From: Eledone cirrhosa
Lineage: Eukaryota
Direction: 5' to 3'
NCBI GenBank assembly: GCA_964016885.1
Contig: OZ024740.1
Location: 304,110,001-304,174,000 of the forward strand
DNA: 64,000 nt
A program made the translations under genes and the position numbers. The notes under the pieces are model-generated. The model was not told the origin of the DNA. It saw only the letters and a list, made by a program, of their open reading frames with translations, and did no database searches. Position 1 is the stretch's first letter, and each line of letters opens with the position of its first letter. Shown here piece after piece: positions 61,597 through 64,000 of the stretch.

Positions 61597-62359
61597 GTAA
61601 GTTTGCACCTTTTCATATATTCTCAGGTCCCCAGTTATAGGGGTGGGGGTGGGGAATTGGTAATTTTTTCTAGATTGTCTCCCTTGAATTTTTTTAAAAG
61701 CCAGAATTATTTTATAACGTATGGGAATTCTAGTAATGTACTCTGTTGTCATGTATAATGTTTTTTAATGAACAAAGAAAATTAATTGTTGCAGGAATCT
61801 GCCACTTAAAATAAAATTTCGCCAGAGATGATTAGTAAAATTTAATAAATGGGAATGGTTATGAGTGTGGGTGGGTGGGAGGGAATCTGGAAAATTAAAA
61901 TTAATAAGTGTGGTGGGGGTGAGAATATTTGAGACCCAAGAATACGTACTGCCCCTCCCCACATGCTGTCTTAAGCTGACAAAATGGAAATGTCAGTTAC
62001 ATCTAAGTCTTCTGTATTTCATAGCTCACTAAGGCGTGAAACGGTTGTTGTTTAATCCTCTATCAATTTTGATCCAGATGGCCCATGATCAGAGGCTTTC
62101 CAGCCATGACCATCCCATCTTATTTTTTAGGCACAATGTATTTAGGAACTACATTTTCCAATATGTTCTTTGTTTTTTTTAAAGACGTGATTTAAGGGAG
62201 ATTTTACTATTATTTCTAGCATTATCAAGAAAATATTGTCTTGTCTATCTCAACACCAACACACAACTAGAACCCATGAGGTTGCTACAAATACTAGGCC
62301 TTACCATCAATGTGTGTCTCTCCTGGAAAATACACATCCTCAACATACCTAAAACTGCA

Positions 62360-64000
62360 TTATAAAGACTGGTTAGAAAATACTTCAGCACTAAAAAATA
62401 ACTTACTAGAGGCGACGGATGAGGTTTGTGGCTGGAGTAAGACCTCAAGCAGGAGGAGAGTGACTTGGTGGTGGAACAATAAGGTAGATGAAGCAGTCAA
62501 GGCCAAGAGACAGGCATGGAAAGAATGGAAGAACGGGGGGAGCAGGGTACATTACATAGAGACCAAGAGGGAAGCTAGGCGACAAGTATACTTAGCTAGG
62601 AGGGAAGCAGAGGATAGAAAATTCAAGCATGTTTTACAACGTGAGGACCAGAAACAGGAGGTATTCAAGATTGCGAGGCAGTGTGTCAGAGATAGTTGTG
62701 ATGTCATTGGAGAGAAGTGTATCCGGAATGATAAAGGTGAGCTTGCCCTCACAAGTGCTGAGAAGAAAGATGCATGGAAGAGTCATTATGATAGATTACT
62801 AAATGAGGAGAATGCATGGGAAGAAGAGACCCTACCCCACGTAGACCCTATAGAGGGACCAGCAGTACAAGTCAGCGGCAGCGTAGTAAGTAAGGCAATC
62901 AGAGATATGAAGATAGGGAAGGCAACCGGTCCATCGGGTATAGCTGCCGAGATGCTGAAGGCATCTGGGTCTATAGGTCACACTATAACCACACGTATCG
63001 TTAACCAGGTAATACTAGAGGGGGCCATACCAAAAGATTGGTGCAGTAGCATCATTGTCAACTGCTACAAAGGTAAAGGCGATGCACTAGATAGAGGAAA
63101 CTATAGAGGTATAAAGTTGATGGACCAGGTCATGAAAGTAACAGAAAGAGTTATAGCACAGCTGATTAGGGACCGGGTGAATATAGACGAGATGCAATTT
63201 GGGTTTGTTCCAGGGAAAGGCACCACTGATGCGCTCTTCCTTGTGAGGCAATTACAGGAAAAGTACCTAGCTAAAAGTAAGCCACTCTACTTGGCATTTG
63301 TCGACCTTGAGAAAGCCTTTGACAGAGTTCCACGTGCAGTAATCTGGTGGGCTCTTAGAAAACTAGGAGTAGATGAATGGCTTGTGAAAGCGGTACAAGC
63401 CATGTATAGGGGAGCAGTCAGCAAAGTTAGGATTGGCAATGAGTATAGCGAGGAATTTAGCGTACAGGTTGGGGTCCACCAGGGCTCTGTTCTTAGCCCT
63501 CTCCTGTTCATCATAGTCCTGCAGGCAATAACGGAGGAGTTTAAGACCGGATGCCCATGGGAACTCCTGTATGCTGATGACCTCGCACTCATAGCTGAAT
63601 CTATGGTAGAACTAGAGAATAAATTCCAAACCTGGAAGCAGGGACTAGAGAGAAAGGGCCTCAAAGTCAACATGACAAAGACTAAGGTCCTTATAAGTAG
63701 ACGAGAAAACAGAACCCAGATCCCCTCAGGGAAATGGCCTTGCTCAGTATGTAGGAAAGGTGTAGGTAGGAACTCCATTCTTTGCCCCAAATGCAAACAA
63801 TGGGTACACAAGAGATGTAGCGGGATCTCAGGAAGCTTAATTAAGAATGTAGGATTCACATGCAGCAGCTGTGCTGAAACAGCAAGCAAACAGCCACAGG
63901 AAACAAGTACCACCAATCTCTGGGAGGGCCCTGTAGAAACAGTAGACAGCTTCTGCTACCTAGGTGACTGAATTAGCAACGGAGGTGGGTGCTCAGAAAG
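62360..64000 (+). mobile_element. RTE-clade LINE, 5'-truncated, RT domain, in GCLC intron 2; runs off the window
   Basis: TWWWN, YKGKGD..NYRGIKL, QFGF, FVDLEKAFDRV, GVHQGSVLSPLLF, LYADD; in-frame TGA at 63969-63971 with homology continuing (ISNGGGCSE). Confidence 0.95.

Noticed and set aside
63287-63916. 209-aa antisense ORF (also 44426-44800 and 7551-7907)
   Set aside because: These are shadow ORFs on the opposite strand of retroelement coding sequence.
63969-63971. Selenocysteine or read-through TGA in the RTE ORF
   Set aside because: The homologous copy has Lys at this position; a point mutation such as CGA to TGA is simpler, and no SECIS is visible in the window.

Overview
Repeat-dense, AT-rich animal genomic DNA. 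The SINE, RTE and (TA)n landscape suggests a coleoid cephalopod such as Octopus; this is inference. One host gene is supported: the 5' part of glutamate-cysteine ligase catalytic subunit (GCLC, + strand), with coding exon 1 at 39896-40045, a 21.4-kb intron 1 and exon 2 at 61487-61596. The rest is mostly mobile DNA: a full-length but frameshifted Ty3/Gypsy LTR element (6292-11183, -), RTE, CRE-type and CR1/L2 LINE fragments, GIY-YIG Penelope-like element (PLE) fragments, two tRNA-derived SINE types, TA-flanked MITEs, Helitron-like ends and tandem repeats. The most striking non-ORF signal is a recurring module next to (TA)n tracts: minimal type-I hammerhead-ribozyme motifs (CUGANGA/GAAA/NUH) with short, often palindromic stem III, many lying in fold-back inverted repeats that break at the ribozyme core. 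About ten such loci are visible, four in sense orientation inside GCLC intron 1. Also notable are a near-identical inverted SINE pair spanning most of that intron, candidate NRF2/ARE sites upstream of GCLC and CpG loss inside the gene body. Coordinates were read by eye; repeat boundaries are approximate.
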